Shown here in pieces: positions 20,435-29,835 of a DNA stretch of 64,000 nucleotides. Source of the DNA: Candidatus Heimdallarchaeota archaeon (GTDB taxonomy: Archaea; Asgardarchaeota; Heimdallarchaeia; Heimdallarchaeales; Heimdallarchaeaceae); NCBI GenBank assembly GCA_030603365.1, contig JAUVXV010000008.1, forward strand, positions 85,388 to 149,387, given 5' to 3'. The stretch's first letter is position 1. Every line of letters begins with the position of its first letter. The notes beneath the pieces were generated by a model. That model had not been told where the DNA came from. It worked only from the letters and a program-made list of their open reading frames with translations, and searched no databases. The translations under genes and the position numbers were made by a program.

Positions 20435-21517
20435 ATGTCAAAAAAAGTACGGATTGCAATTGCAGGATTAGGCAATTGTGCATCGTCTCTAGTTCAAGGA
20501 CTGGAGTATTATAAAGATGCAGATGAGAATGATTATGTTCCAGGATTAATGCATGTCAGATTTGGTGATTACCATTTATCAGATGTTGAAATTGCAACAG
20601 TATTTGAGGTAAATACTAAAAAGATTGGAAAAGACATTTCTGAGGCAATTTGGCAAGAACCTAATTGCTGTAAGAAATTCTCAAATGTTCCTCACAAAGG
20701 TATAGAAATTCTTCCTGGTCCAATTAATGATGGTGTTGCACCTCATATGAAAGAATCTTTTCATTGTTATGATGAAACCCAAGTAAAAGCAGTGAATGTA
20801 GCTGATGTTCTAAAAGAAAAGGATGTAGATGTTCTGATTAATTTCCTTCCAGTGGGTAGCGAAGAGGCATCTAAAACATATGCTCAAGCAGCTTTGGATA
20901 CTAATGTTGCATTTGCTAATGGTATACCAGCTTTTATTGCTTCAAATGAAGAATGGGGAAAGAAATTTTCTGATAAAAATGTACCGATCGCAGGTGATGA
21001 CATAAAATCTCAACTCGGGGCAACTATACTACACAGAATGTTAGTAGCATTAGCTCATGATAGAGGAATAAAAATGGATGAAACCTTCCAATTGAATATT
21101 GGTGGTAACACAGACTTCGAGAATATGAAGAAGGAATACAGATTAACCACTAAGAGAGTTTCTAAAACAGAAGCAGTAACCAGCATGATACCTTATGAGG
21201 TACCTACAAGAATCGGTCCTTCTGATTATGTGCCATTTCTAAAAGACGAAAAAATATGTTATCTTTGGTTAAAAGGAAAGAATTTTGGAGAACAACCTCT
21301 AACAGTTCAACTCAAATTATCAGTTCAAGATTCTCCAAATAGTGCAGGCGTAATGATAGACGTGGTTAGATCCTTGAAAATCGCTCAAGATAGAAAGATA
21401 GGTGGTCCCCTAATTGGTGTTTCCAGCTATTTCTTCAAGCACCCACCAAAACAAATTCATGACTCTGAGGCTAAAGAACTAGTAGAGAAATTCATTAGAG
21501 GAGAGATAACTAACTAG
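20435..21517 (+). CDS. ino1: myo-inositol-1-phosphate synthase
   Basis: GLGNCASSLVQG, LPVGS, GDDIKSQLGAT, QLNIGGNTDF, SKT, DSPNSAG, FFKHPP. Confidence 0.93.
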   Translation: MSKKVRIAIAGLGNCASSLVQGLEYYKDADENDYVPGLMHVRFGDYHLSDVEIATVFEVNTKKIGKDISEAIWQEPNCCKKFSNVPHKGIEILPGPINDGVAPHMKESFHCYDETQVKAVNVADVLKEKDVDVLINFLPVGSEEASKTYAQAALDTNVAFANGIPAFIASNEEWGKKFSDKNVPIAGDDIKSQLGATILHRMLVALAHDRGIKMDETFQLNIGGNTDFENMKKEYRLTTKRVSKTEAVTSMIPYEVPTRIGPSDYVPFLKDEKICYLWLKGKNFGEQPLTVQLKLSVQDSPNSAGVMIDVVRSLKIAQDRKIGGPLIGVSSYFFKHPPKQIHDSEAKELVEKFIRGEITN

Positions 21518-22597
21518 GTGATGAAAATGAAAGAAGATATTATTAAAATAGCAATAGCAGGTGTTGGAAACATCGCTTCTGGGTTACTTCAAGGAATCAC
21601 CTATATGAAAACCTATGAAGACCAAAAGAAAAAGCTCCTCCACCCAAAATTAAGCAGTTTTGAGGTAAAAAACATTGAAATTGTTGCAGCTTTTGATGTA
21701 GACAAAGAAAAAGTTGGGCAAGATCTTACAGAAGCTATTTTCACGCCCATAAATAGTACACCTAAATTTGTTGAGTTAGATAAAACAGGTGTGACTGTAG
21801 TTAAAGGACCTCTCAAAGATGGTCTTTCTGGACATTTACTGAAAGTAATAACAGTTTCTGAAAATAAAGAAGAGGATGTAACTCAGATATTGAAAGATAC
21901 TAGAGCTGAAATTCTTATTTGTGCTCTTCCTACTGGAGCTGAGGAAGCAGTTAAAACATATGCACAAGCTTCTTTGGATGCTGAAGTCGCATTCGTCAAT
22001 TGTACACCTACATTAATTGCCAGTGATCCATTCTGGGGAAAGAAATTCAAAAAATCAAATGTATGTGTTATAGGTGATGATTTACAATCTTTAGCAGGAG
22101 GTACTGTTCTTCATAAAGGATTCTTAGATGTGCTTAAAGAGCAAGGAGTCAAAATAAAGGATACTTATCAGTTAGATGTTGCTGGAGGACTTGAAACTCT
22201 TAATACATTGGATGATGACAGAAAACAGTATAAAAGAGAGGTAAAAGAAAGAACTATACAACAATCTTTTGGAAATGATATTAATTTAGCAAGTGGGACT
22301 TCAGATTATCTAGAATTTCTTGGTAATCGAAGAATAGGTCACTTTTGGATACTAGGAGAAGGTTTTATGGGTATGCCAATAAAAATCGATATAAGATTAG
22401 AAACCTTAGATGGACCCAATGCTGCAGGAACATTAGTTGATGTAATTCGTGCAACTAAAGTAGCAATAAACAGAGCAGGAAGCGGTCCTATCAGTTCAAT
22501 CTGTGCATACGGATTCAAAGCTCCTCCTGTTACAACATCTAGACATACCGCTCATGAATGGTTCAATGAATATATTGAAGGAATCAGAACTGAATAG
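21518..22597 (+). CDS. Divergent inositol-1-phosphate synthase paralog
   Basis: GVGNIAS, VAAFDV, LPTGA, GDDLQS, DGPNAAG, GFKAPP. True start is probably ATG 21521 or 21527. Confidence 0.85.
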   Translation: MMKMKEDIIKIAIAGVGNIASGLLQGITYMKTYEDQKKKLLHPKLSSFEVKNIEIVAAFDVDKEKVGQDLTEAIFTPINSTPKFVELDKTGVTVVKGPLKDGLSGHLLKVITVSENKEEDVTQILKDTRAEILICALPTGAEEAVKTYAQASLDAEVAFVNCTPTLIASDPFWGKKFKKSNVCVIGDDLQSLAGGTVLHKGFLDVLKEQGVKIKDTYQLDVAGGLETLNTLDDDRKQYKREVKERTIQQSFGNDINLASGTSDYLEFLGNRRIGHFWILGEGFMGMPIKIDIRLETLDGPNAAGTLVDVIRATKVAINRAGSGPISSICAYGFKAPPVTTSRHTAHEWFNEYIEGIRTE

Positions 22598-22609
22598 TTC
22601 TTTCTCTCT

Positions 22610-23584
22610 TTATTTTATGAGTAGCATTGATGTGATGTTAATCAGTTTATCTCTAGCTGAACTCGGAGGAAATTCTTCCAAAATGGCTTTTGATTCATCA
22701 GCATATTGATTAATCAGATTTTTTACAGTATCAATAGCTTGAGAGTCTACTAAAATAGTTGTGATGGTCTCAACAGGATAAGTCATTCGCTCTATATAGT
22801 ATTCTTCAATTATTCGTTTTTCCTTTTTAGGTAAGGTATCTATTGCTTCCAAAACAATGAAAGTTTGAATTCTATTGGTAATATCTGTCAAGACACCAAA
22901 TTTACTCAAATCATTTTGGTTTGAAGTTAACGATAGTAAATCATCTCTTAATTGAAAAGCCCTTCCAAATAAAGTTCCGAACGTTTTCATCTTCTCCAGA
23001 TCGTTTTTTGTGGATTTGCCTAGTATAAAACCGACGACGGAAGCAGTTTCAAAAAGAATTGAAGTTTTTCGATCTATTAGTTGTAATGCTTCTTCCTTTG
23101 ACATTTTCTTACCCCCCTCTCTGAATTTTTGTTCTAAGAACAAAGAGGTGGAAAGGACAGAGATCGCTTTAATAATTTCTTCTACAATCTCTAAAACATC
23201 TGTTTTTGAAGCTAAACTGAGAGCTAAACTACTCATTGAGTAAGAAATTGAGAGTGCAGAAAAAGTTGAGAATTTCAAGTAAAATGATTTTTCTTTTCTT
23301 CTGAAAATATCTTTATCAAAAATATCGTCTATAAGGAGTGACGCATTATGTATAATCTCTAGTGCACATGCAGCTGCATAACTTGTATCATTTCTGATTT
23401 GATTTGATATCATCTCAAAGGATAATAGACAGATTAAGGGCCTAATTCGTTTCCCACCTTTGTGAAGAATTTGATCTATCAAATCATTAATTTCATCGTC
23501 ATATGGGCTATAATCCCTCAAATTATGAAGATAGATGTTTATCTGTTCTACTTCCTCAGTGAGATCAAAGTATGCCTTGCTCAA
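22610..23584 (-). CDS. trans-polyprenyl diphosphate synthase (probably long-chain), divergent
   Basis: GGKRIRP, EIIHNASLLIDDIFD...RR, KT..LF, AFQLRDD. Confidence 0.88.
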   Translation of the reverse strand: MSKAYFDLTEEVEQINIYLHNLRDYSPYDDEINDLIDQILHKGGKRIRPLICLLSFEMISNQIRNDTSYAAACALEIIHNASLLIDDIFDKDIFRRKEKSFYLKFSTFSALSISYSMSSLALSLASKTDVLEIVEEIIKAISVLSTSLFLEQKFREGGKKMSKEEALQLIDRKTSILFETASVVGFILGKSTKNDLEKMKTFGTLFGRAFQLRDDLLSLTSNQNDLSKFGVLTDITNRIQTFIVLEAIDTLPKKEKRIIEEYYIERMTYPVETITTILVDSQAIDTVKNLINQYADESKAILEEFPPSSARDKLINITSMLLIK

Positions 23585-23640
23585 TCAAATCAAGTTAAAA
23601 CAATCTTAACCATAAAAAAAGTTATTGTAAAGTCTTTTTC

Positions 23641-25140
23641 TTAAGAGAGTAGATTTAAGGATATAAGAGAACAATATTCAAGAAATTGTACAAAAAGTAT
23701 CAGTACTGAAATGATGATAACACAAAGCAACAATGTACTAATGATAGTACCTGGCTCTATCCTCTGGACATCTAGTTTTTCCTTCGATTCAACCACAAAT
23801 AGTAATTTCATAATTCTAATAAAATAAATCAAGGAGAACAATAAAACTACTAAAAAGAAAATTGAACTCAAATACATTCTAGGGGTGTAGAAAGAAGCAA
23901 AACTATACTTTTTGGATATGATGAACATACTTATTGGAATGATGAATAGCAGTAAGAAATTGAAGATATTTACTACATATTGAGAGATAGAATTTCGACT
24001 AATACTACTCAGTAGATCTATATCATCTGTTTTGAATCCTTTAGAAATAGAACTGAACAAAGAAATAGAAAATGAAAAAATCAAAACATATGCAAAAACA
24101 CCATAATTTACAGTTTTGAGACTTTCAATAAGATTTTCATTTGGAATTGAGATTGAGAATATATCAGATAAAATCAGGAATATTATACCGATATAAAGAA
24201 GGCTAAGGTAATAAAGCAGCTTTTGAAGGCTAGATTGGGTTATCGCACCTAAAACACCCCATAATGAATAGAGTAGTCCAAGTATTGTATAGAACCACAA
24301 TAAGACAGTTGATAATTGGGAAACGGAAATCATACTAGAATACTTAACCAAAAATGCTAGAGCCAATCCTCTTTGAATAATTAATAGTACAAAAGTACTT
24401 GCGTTAAATTGCTTATTTTCCACATCAAAGAACCACGAATGGAATGGAGGGACACCAATTAATATCAACAGAGAGAATATAACAAATATAATACTTAGAT
24501 ATTCCCAAAGATGCATTGATGTATTTCCTATTGAAAAACTAAATAAATTACCTGAGAATGAATGACAGGCTATCCCTATAAACATCAGAGATAATGACAT
24601 GCTTGTCATAGCCAGATAACTAGTGAATACCTTTCTATTTTCAGGAGTAGTTCGATGATTTAAACTTCGCAAGAAAAGATTCAATCCCATAAAAATCAGA
24701 ATGAATCCAAAAAGTATGTTAATCCAGGAATTGGAAGCAATTACAAACCATGTAGAACTCTGGATCAGTAATAGTGAGATGAATAGAAGATAACTCTTTT
24801 TTGATTCTAAACTAACCTCAACAATCGAAATAAAACTAGCAATTACAGTTGCAATTCCAATTGTATAATATATTCCCGCAGTAAATGGTGTGATTTGAAT
24901 ATTGAAATAAGGGTTCCAGATTTCTTCAAATGGTGAATAGATATACCAGAACATAATAAGAGAAATAACACTACAGGTTATTGCAATGTAACCATAAATA
25001 ATTCTCATTCTTGATAGGAAATAAGGATATTTCTGTGTTATTTTGGAAGATAACATCCCAGAAATAATTAAAACAAAAATCCCCAGTAACAGAATTTCTA
25101 AAGGAAAGAAAATGTAAAGAAATAGTGCTGCATAATGCAT
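23641..25140 (-). CDS. NuoN-like antiporter-family membrane protein (degenerate)
   Basis: About 14 TM segments; GVPPFHSWFFDV, LGAITQSSLQKLL.Y, LIYFIRIMK. Confidence 0.75.
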   Translation of the reverse strand: MHYAALFLYIFFPLEILLLGIFVLIISGMLSSKITQKYPYFLSRMRIIYGYIAITCSVISLIMFWYIYSPFEEIWNPYFNIQITPFTAGIYYTIGIATVIASFISIVEVSLESKKSYLLFISLLLIQSSTWFVIASNSWINILFGFILIFMGLNLFLRSLNHRTTPENRKVFTSYLAMTSMSLSLMFIGIACHSFSGNLFSFSIGNTSMHLWEYLSIIFVIFSLLILIGVPPFHSWFFDVENKQFNASTFVLLIIQRGLALAFLVKYSSMISVSQLSTVLLWFYTILGLLYSLWGVLGAITQSSLQKLLYYLSLLYIGIIFLILSDIFSISIPNENLIESLKTVNYGVFAYVLIFSFSISLFSSISKGFKTDDIDLLSSISRNSISQYVVNIFNFLLLFIIPISMFIISKKYSFASFYTPRMYLSSIFFLVVLLFSLIYFIRIMKLLFVVESKEKLDVQRIEPGTIISTLLLCVIIISVLILFVQFLEYCSLISLNLLS

Positions 25141-27104
25141 TAGATTTTACCTCCCGAATATAAAATGAGTACCACAATTATAAGTAAAAACAAAGACACT
25201 AAAACAACTTGAATTTGGCTTCTAAGTTTAGATTCTTCAAGCTTCTGAATGAAATTAGATGTCAGTTTGAAGAACTTAACTACATTTGGAATTACAGTAT
25301 CCTTTGTTTTTCTAGCAATAAATTTATATGCTGTAACAATGAATTTCCAAATCCTCATTAAAATATTTTCTACCATGATTTTCTTGATTACAATTTGATA
25401 GAACCAATTTGAAGCTGGAACTATAGCTTTGGTCCAAACTAAAATCACTGGTGCAAAAATGAAGTCAAATGTGTAAATATTTCTGAATATCTTTTCAAGA
25501 ATTACAGTAAATTTCAAGAGTTTTTTTGAGAAACTTTCAAAGTATTTCTTAATGATAATAAATGCACATAGTACTATAAGACATCCTGAAAGCAGAGAAA
25601 TTAATGAAATCAGTAGATGGCTAAATGTAATAATTGAAGGGAAAGTAAATGGATTTATTATATTGAAACGGGGATAAAGAAAACTATTCAATGAAAGGAA
25701 AATAACTACAAGAATTGTAATCGTTATTTCAACATTCGTGAATTGAAACTTTTCTTCCAAGGTGATTTGTTTTTTGTAAAGTATAATTGAAAGACAAAAG
25801 ATTCCAAAGAAAAGAAGTAGAGTTATTACGAAAAATCCGATATTAAATGCAGGAGAACTAACTGAAAGAATGTGAATTAGTGATAGGAATGTACCATTGA
25901 AAGGCTCTACTCCTAGTATTGATAAAAATATAATCACAAAACCGATAAATCGAGTTGTTGTTCTGATAATCATTACGCTTTTTCTACTCGGTTTCTCATC
26001 TTCTTTAGCTTCATTTGGCGTAAATAGGAAGGGGACAAGTCCTATAGATATGATAGGTAATGCAATCAGTAATTGAAAACTAATTGATAGATATCCTAAC
26101 CCTAGAAAGAAAATAAACAATCCTGATAAGAGAGCAAAAACAAGAATAACAGTTTCAAGTTTTTGCTGTAGGAATAAAGAAAATATCACGCTAATGAGTG
26201 CAAACAACAATCCATACCAAACGAAGAAAGTGGAACCTTGAAGAGAGATTAGTAGTACAAATGGAGTAATGTAGATGAAAGAAAGAATAATTGTGAAATG
26301 TGTTGATAAGAAGAGAAAGATCGAATCTCCATTTGGTGAGCATGTTTTTTTGAACCAAGTATGAAATGGAAACAAAGCGTTTTTGGCTATTATTCCAAGA
26401 AGAAGTAAACTAACAAACAGCTGAACTACAGGTTCATACTTTGTTGGATTTGTGAGGATGTCATTGGATACAATATTGAAATCCAAACTTTTAGCCTCAT
26501 AAGCTAGAAGTACTGAACTAGATATCAATAAAGCATTTCCAATGATAAATGACCCAATCATACTCTTTTGAGCGATTGTAACTTTCTCCTTGGAAATCAG
26601 TGTTAGACTAATCACCAAATCTATTATCAATAAATCAGCTATAAGCATGAACAATAATATTTGGAAGAAATTTGTAGAAAGAATCACTAAAATTAAGGTG
26701 ATAGAATATAACGATATTTTACTAGTGTATTTTTCTTTCCAATAAGGCTTTTTCCAAGTTAGAAATACATTGGTAAGTGCAAGAATGAACATCACAGTAA
26801 AGTAGATAATACTCTGTGCTAGAGTTAGTTGAAATCCAATTTCAAAAGAATATGGATGGAACACTACAATAGGCACACTTTCTTTAATTTGAATTATTGG
26901 AGAACCAAAAAAGTTAACTAAGAAGATTGAGAAAATAGCAATAGCAAATCCTAAGAAGATAAGAGAAGTAAATATAGAAAACAACTTCTTCCTTTTATCA
27001 TTTCTAGACTTAATTAGAGCAAATAAATATCCTAAGAGTGAAACTAGTAGAAGTAAACCACCTTGTATCAAGAGTAATAATATGATGTTATTCATTCTCT
27101 TCAC
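25140..27104 (-). CDS. NuoL-like antiporter-family membrane protein (degenerate)
   Basis: GIIAKNALFPFHTW (cf. GKSAQ.P.H.W), long amphipathic C-terminal helix followed by a final TM helix. Confidence 0.75.
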   Translation of the reverse strand: MKRMNNIILLLLIQGGLLLLVSLLGYLFALIKSRNDKRKKLFSIFTSLIFLGFAIAIFSIFLVNFFGSPIIQIKESVPIVVFHPYSFEIGFQLTLAQSIIYFTVMFILALTNVFLTWKKPYWKEKYTSKISLYSITLILVILSTNFFQILLFMLIADLLIIDLVISLTLISKEKVTIAQKSMIGSFIIGNALLISSSVLLAYEAKSLDFNIVSNDILTNPTKYEPVVQLFVSLLLLGIIAKNALFPFHTWFKKTCSPNGDSIFLFLSTHFTIILSFIYITPFVLLISLQGSTFFVWYGLLFALISVIFSLFLQQKLETVILVFALLSGLFIFFLGLGYLSISFQLLIALPIISIGLVPFLFTPNEAKEDEKPSRKSVMIIRTTTRFIGFVIIFLSILGVEPFNGTFLSLIHILSVSSPAFNIGFFVITLLLFFGIFCLSIILYKKQITLEEKFQFTNVEITITILVVIFLSLNSFLYPRFNIINPFTFPSIITFSHLLISLISLLSGCLIVLCAFIIIKKYFESFSKKLLKFTVILEKIFRNIYTFDFIFAPVILVWTKAIVPASNWFYQIVIKKIMVENILMRIWKFIVTAYKFIARKTKDTVIPNVVKFFKLTSNFIQKLEESKLRSQIQVVLVSLFLLIIVVLILYSGGKI

Positions 27105-27369
27105 TCCTATTATCTTTTTCTAGAAGATTCATCTTTAATTCATCTCTAAACATGAAAATAAGAATTAAAGAGATAGCAAAAAACCCTAGAATGAAATATA
27201 GGATTGTGTTTGAATTTAAACTAATACTGGAAACTAGTAACAAACCTGAGAAAATAAGAAATAAAAATCCAAAAACCATCATCATCTTTGATTTGGAGAA
27301 TAATAATAGAAGAAAACCTAAACCAATACAAACCAACGCTGTTGCTACAAGATAACTTAAGTAAACCAT
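27088..27369 (-). CDS. NuoK-like small 3-TM protein (degenerate)
   Basis: YLVATALVCIGL resembles NuoK TM1; size and position between the J-like and L-like genes fit. Confidence 0.55.
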   Translation of the reverse strand: MVYLSYLVATALVCIGLGFLLLLFSKSKMMMVFGFLFLIFSGLLLVSSISLNSNTILYFILGFFAISLILIFMFRDELKMNLLEKDNRSEENE

Positions 27370-28037
27370 GGTTCATCTCCCCTCTGTTTATTTTTGGATT
27401 TTAGATCTATTACAAAGATAAAGACTAGAATAATCAGGAAAATTAAGAAAACTACGAGAATAGCTAAAGCTTCATAATTTTGTGCAAATAAATCAAGAAG
27501 AGATATTGGTTCCAACCAAATTATCTGATTTTGAGATAGAATTAGGAGGATGTACATCGATGTGACAGGAATAGCCAGAAGAACGATGAAACTTATAGCT
27601 TGGGTCTTCCTTGAGATTATCAATTCTTTACTAACTGTTTTATCTTTGAACAAGAAAAATGCAGTGAAACCTATCATAAGAATATATGAATAGCACAGAC
27701 AAAGTATGAATAATGCTATTTGTCCTATTGATAGAAAAATCAAGGAAAATGATAGGAAACTACACAAGAATAAGATTAAACTCATACCATTAGATTCAAG
27801 AATCCCCTTAACTAGAAACCCAGCTCCTATGAAGCTACCCAAGAAATAATATGAATCTGAAGTTGCATCAGAAAAAACAATTACTAAAGCAATTAGAATG
27901 ACCAATAGTGTTATCTTCAAACCTAACCAGATTTTTCTCTTTAACTTAAAGAAATTTGGAAGAATAATTATACTAGTTATAATTAAACTAAAAATTGAGA
28001 CTAAAATGGTAGAAATAAATTCTGATAAACCAAACAT
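27357..28037 (-). CDS. NuoJ-like membrane protein (degenerate, with N-terminal extension)
   Basis: LILFLCSFLSFSLIFLSIG...Y and LF..NY....I segments follow the NuoJ pattern; synteny supports it. Confidence 0.5.
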   Translation of the reverse strand: MFGLSEFISTILVSIFSLIITSIIILPNFFKLKRKIWLGLKITLLVILIALVIVFSDATSDSYYFLGSFIGAGFLVKGILESNGMSLILFLCSFLSFSLIFLSIGQIALFILCLCYSYILMIGFTAFFLFKDKTVSKELIISRKTQAISFIVLLAIPVTSMYILLILSQNQIIWLEPISLLDLFAQNYEALAILVVFLIFLIILVFIFVIDLKSKNKQRGDEPWFT

Positions 28038-28098
28038 CTCAAGTCAGAAAAAATAAGAAATGGAAAAATAAAAAGGTTTGGGAATCAAAACACTAGCT

Positions 28099-28845
28099 CT
28101 ACTTCGTTTTTGTGCCCCTTTTTTTTCTGTGATAACTGAACATTGAAATCACTACTATAACAGAAATCAATCCTGCTGGACTATCGAAGAACGCTGTTTC
28201 CTCTAATTCTGGTATTGGCAGATTTGCTGTGAACAGTGGAACACTTGTATTATAACCAGGAAAACTTGGTAAGCTTGGAACAAGTGGCATTCCATCACCA
28301 AAAGTAGTAAAATTACCTAATGTGTAATTTAAACCAAAATCTAGTCTATATAGTAAATTACAGCCTAATGTTTTAGTAAGATTCACATAATAAACGGGTA
28401 TATTGTGAAGAAGGTTTTTTCTAATTTCTTCATAAAGAGGATCAGGATAGAAAAGAACTTCCCAATGAAGTGGTGATGTTTCTGGAATTTTTAAACTCCA
28501 TTTAGCGTTCAAAATAATTCTGAATAGATCTGTTTTAACGGTATAATTATAGTGAGATAAATCAAATATTGATACTCCCCAAAAACCATAATATGTATCC
28601 ATTTCTACATCTTTGTTTGTATCAAAACCAAGAATTTGCATATATACTGTTGGTTTTTTATAATTATCTACTTCAGGATCTTCTGGGTTAATAATAATTC
28701 CTCTATAATCATCACTGCTTTGGTTCATCACACCTGTGAAATCCCAAACTTCTTCTTCAGCCCCTTGTGTTAGTGCAACTCTACTAGACATAAAGAAGAA
28801 TGATGAAAGCATCAAACCAATGAGTAATAAAGTAGTCTTTTTCAT
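28099..28845 (-). CDS. Secreted membrane-anchored hypothetical protein (paralog B)
   Basis: Signal peptide, C-terminal TM helix + RKKR; shares motifs with 28842-29705. Confidence 0.75.
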   Translation of the reverse strand: MKKTTLLLIGLMLSSFFFMSSRVALTQGAEEEVWDFTGVMNQSSDDYRGIIINPEDPEVDNYKKPTVYMQILGFDTNKDVEMDTYYGFWGVSIFDLSHYNYTVKTDLFRIILNAKWSLKIPETSPLHWEVLFYPDPLYEEIRKNLLHNIPVYYVNLTKTLGCNLLYRLDFGLNYTLGNFTTFGDGMPLVPSLPSFPGYNTSVPLFTANLPIPELEETAFFDSPAGLISVIVVISMFSYHRKKRGTKTK

Positions 28846-29705
28846 TTCTTAATCCTCCTAATTCGTTTGACTATCGTGAGAATCATAAGAGCAAGTCCTA
28901 ATGTAGTTAATACGGACATAAATTGGAAGTCAACTTCTATACTATGGGTACGAGGACGAGAGGTCCTATCAACATTCTGAGCAACAGTAATGTTAGTTTG
29001 TGGCCACCATTCTTCTTCAGGATAAGGGTCATGTGGGGGACCAACGAATAATGGATTGTCTTGACCATAAGTTGTGAAATTACCATTAATAATAGTCTGG
29101 TCTTTCTTAATCTGTTGCCAATGTCCAACTACACCTGTTTGATTGACTAAATAGGCTATATGTACAGGAACAGCTAGAACTCCTCCACTAAACAAATATG
29201 AAAAAGCTATAATTTTTATCATAACTCTTTGAAATATAAAATAAATTTCTTCATTATATGATGAGCTAGAACTATTGATTATTGGAGAATCTTCAAGAAC
29301 ATTAATCCATTCCATTCCGTTTTCTTTACTCACATTAAAACCATACTCAGCTCCAGGAGATGGTTCCTCCCAGAATATAGATGCATATGGTGCATTTCTT
29401 ATTTCATTTATACCATGTAATGCAACTATTGTATCAGGATTCAAATCATCATCATTCACATCGTCTAAAAGGAATATGAACGTTCTAAGCACATATGGGT
29501 CTTCAACAACAGACTTAGTTACACCATCAGTAGGATAAATCGGAATATATTTGATTCTGTGAGCTTGTTGATTTGTAATGCCTTTATAATCCCAGTTTTC
29601 AGTAAACACAAGTTCTCCTGATGTTGGAGTTATAGTATTTTTCACAAAAGGAGAGAACATTAATGTTAAAACAATTGTTAGACAAAATATCTTTGGGTAT
29701 TTCAC
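28842..29705 (-). CDS. Secreted membrane-anchored hypothetical protein (paralog A)
   Basis: Signal peptide, C-terminal TM helix + KRIRRIKK; 4-bp overlap with the next gene. Confidence 0.75.
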   Translation of the reverse strand: MKYPKIFCLTIVLTLMFSPFVKNTITPTSGELVFTENWDYKGITNQQAHRIKYIPIYPTDGVTKSVVEDPYVLRTFIFLLDDVNDDDLNPDTIVALHGINEIRNAPYASIFWEEPSPGAEYGFNVSKENGMEWINVLEDSPIINSSSSSYNEEIYFIFQRVMIKIIAFSYLFSGGVLAVPVHIAYLVNQTGVVGHWQQIKKDQTIINGNFTTYGQDNPLFVGPPHDPYPEEEWWPQTNITVAQNVDRTSRPRTHSIEVDFQFMSVLTTLGLALMILTIVKRIRRIKK

Positions 29706-29835
29706 TATTTTTCCACCGGAAATTATATTCTACAAGAATAGTTTAAGTGACATTTATAACCTTTTTTATCCAAAGTCATATCCTCCATAAATATAAATTC
29801 CCTATCGGTATTCTTAAAATCGTTTAAAGGAAAAC

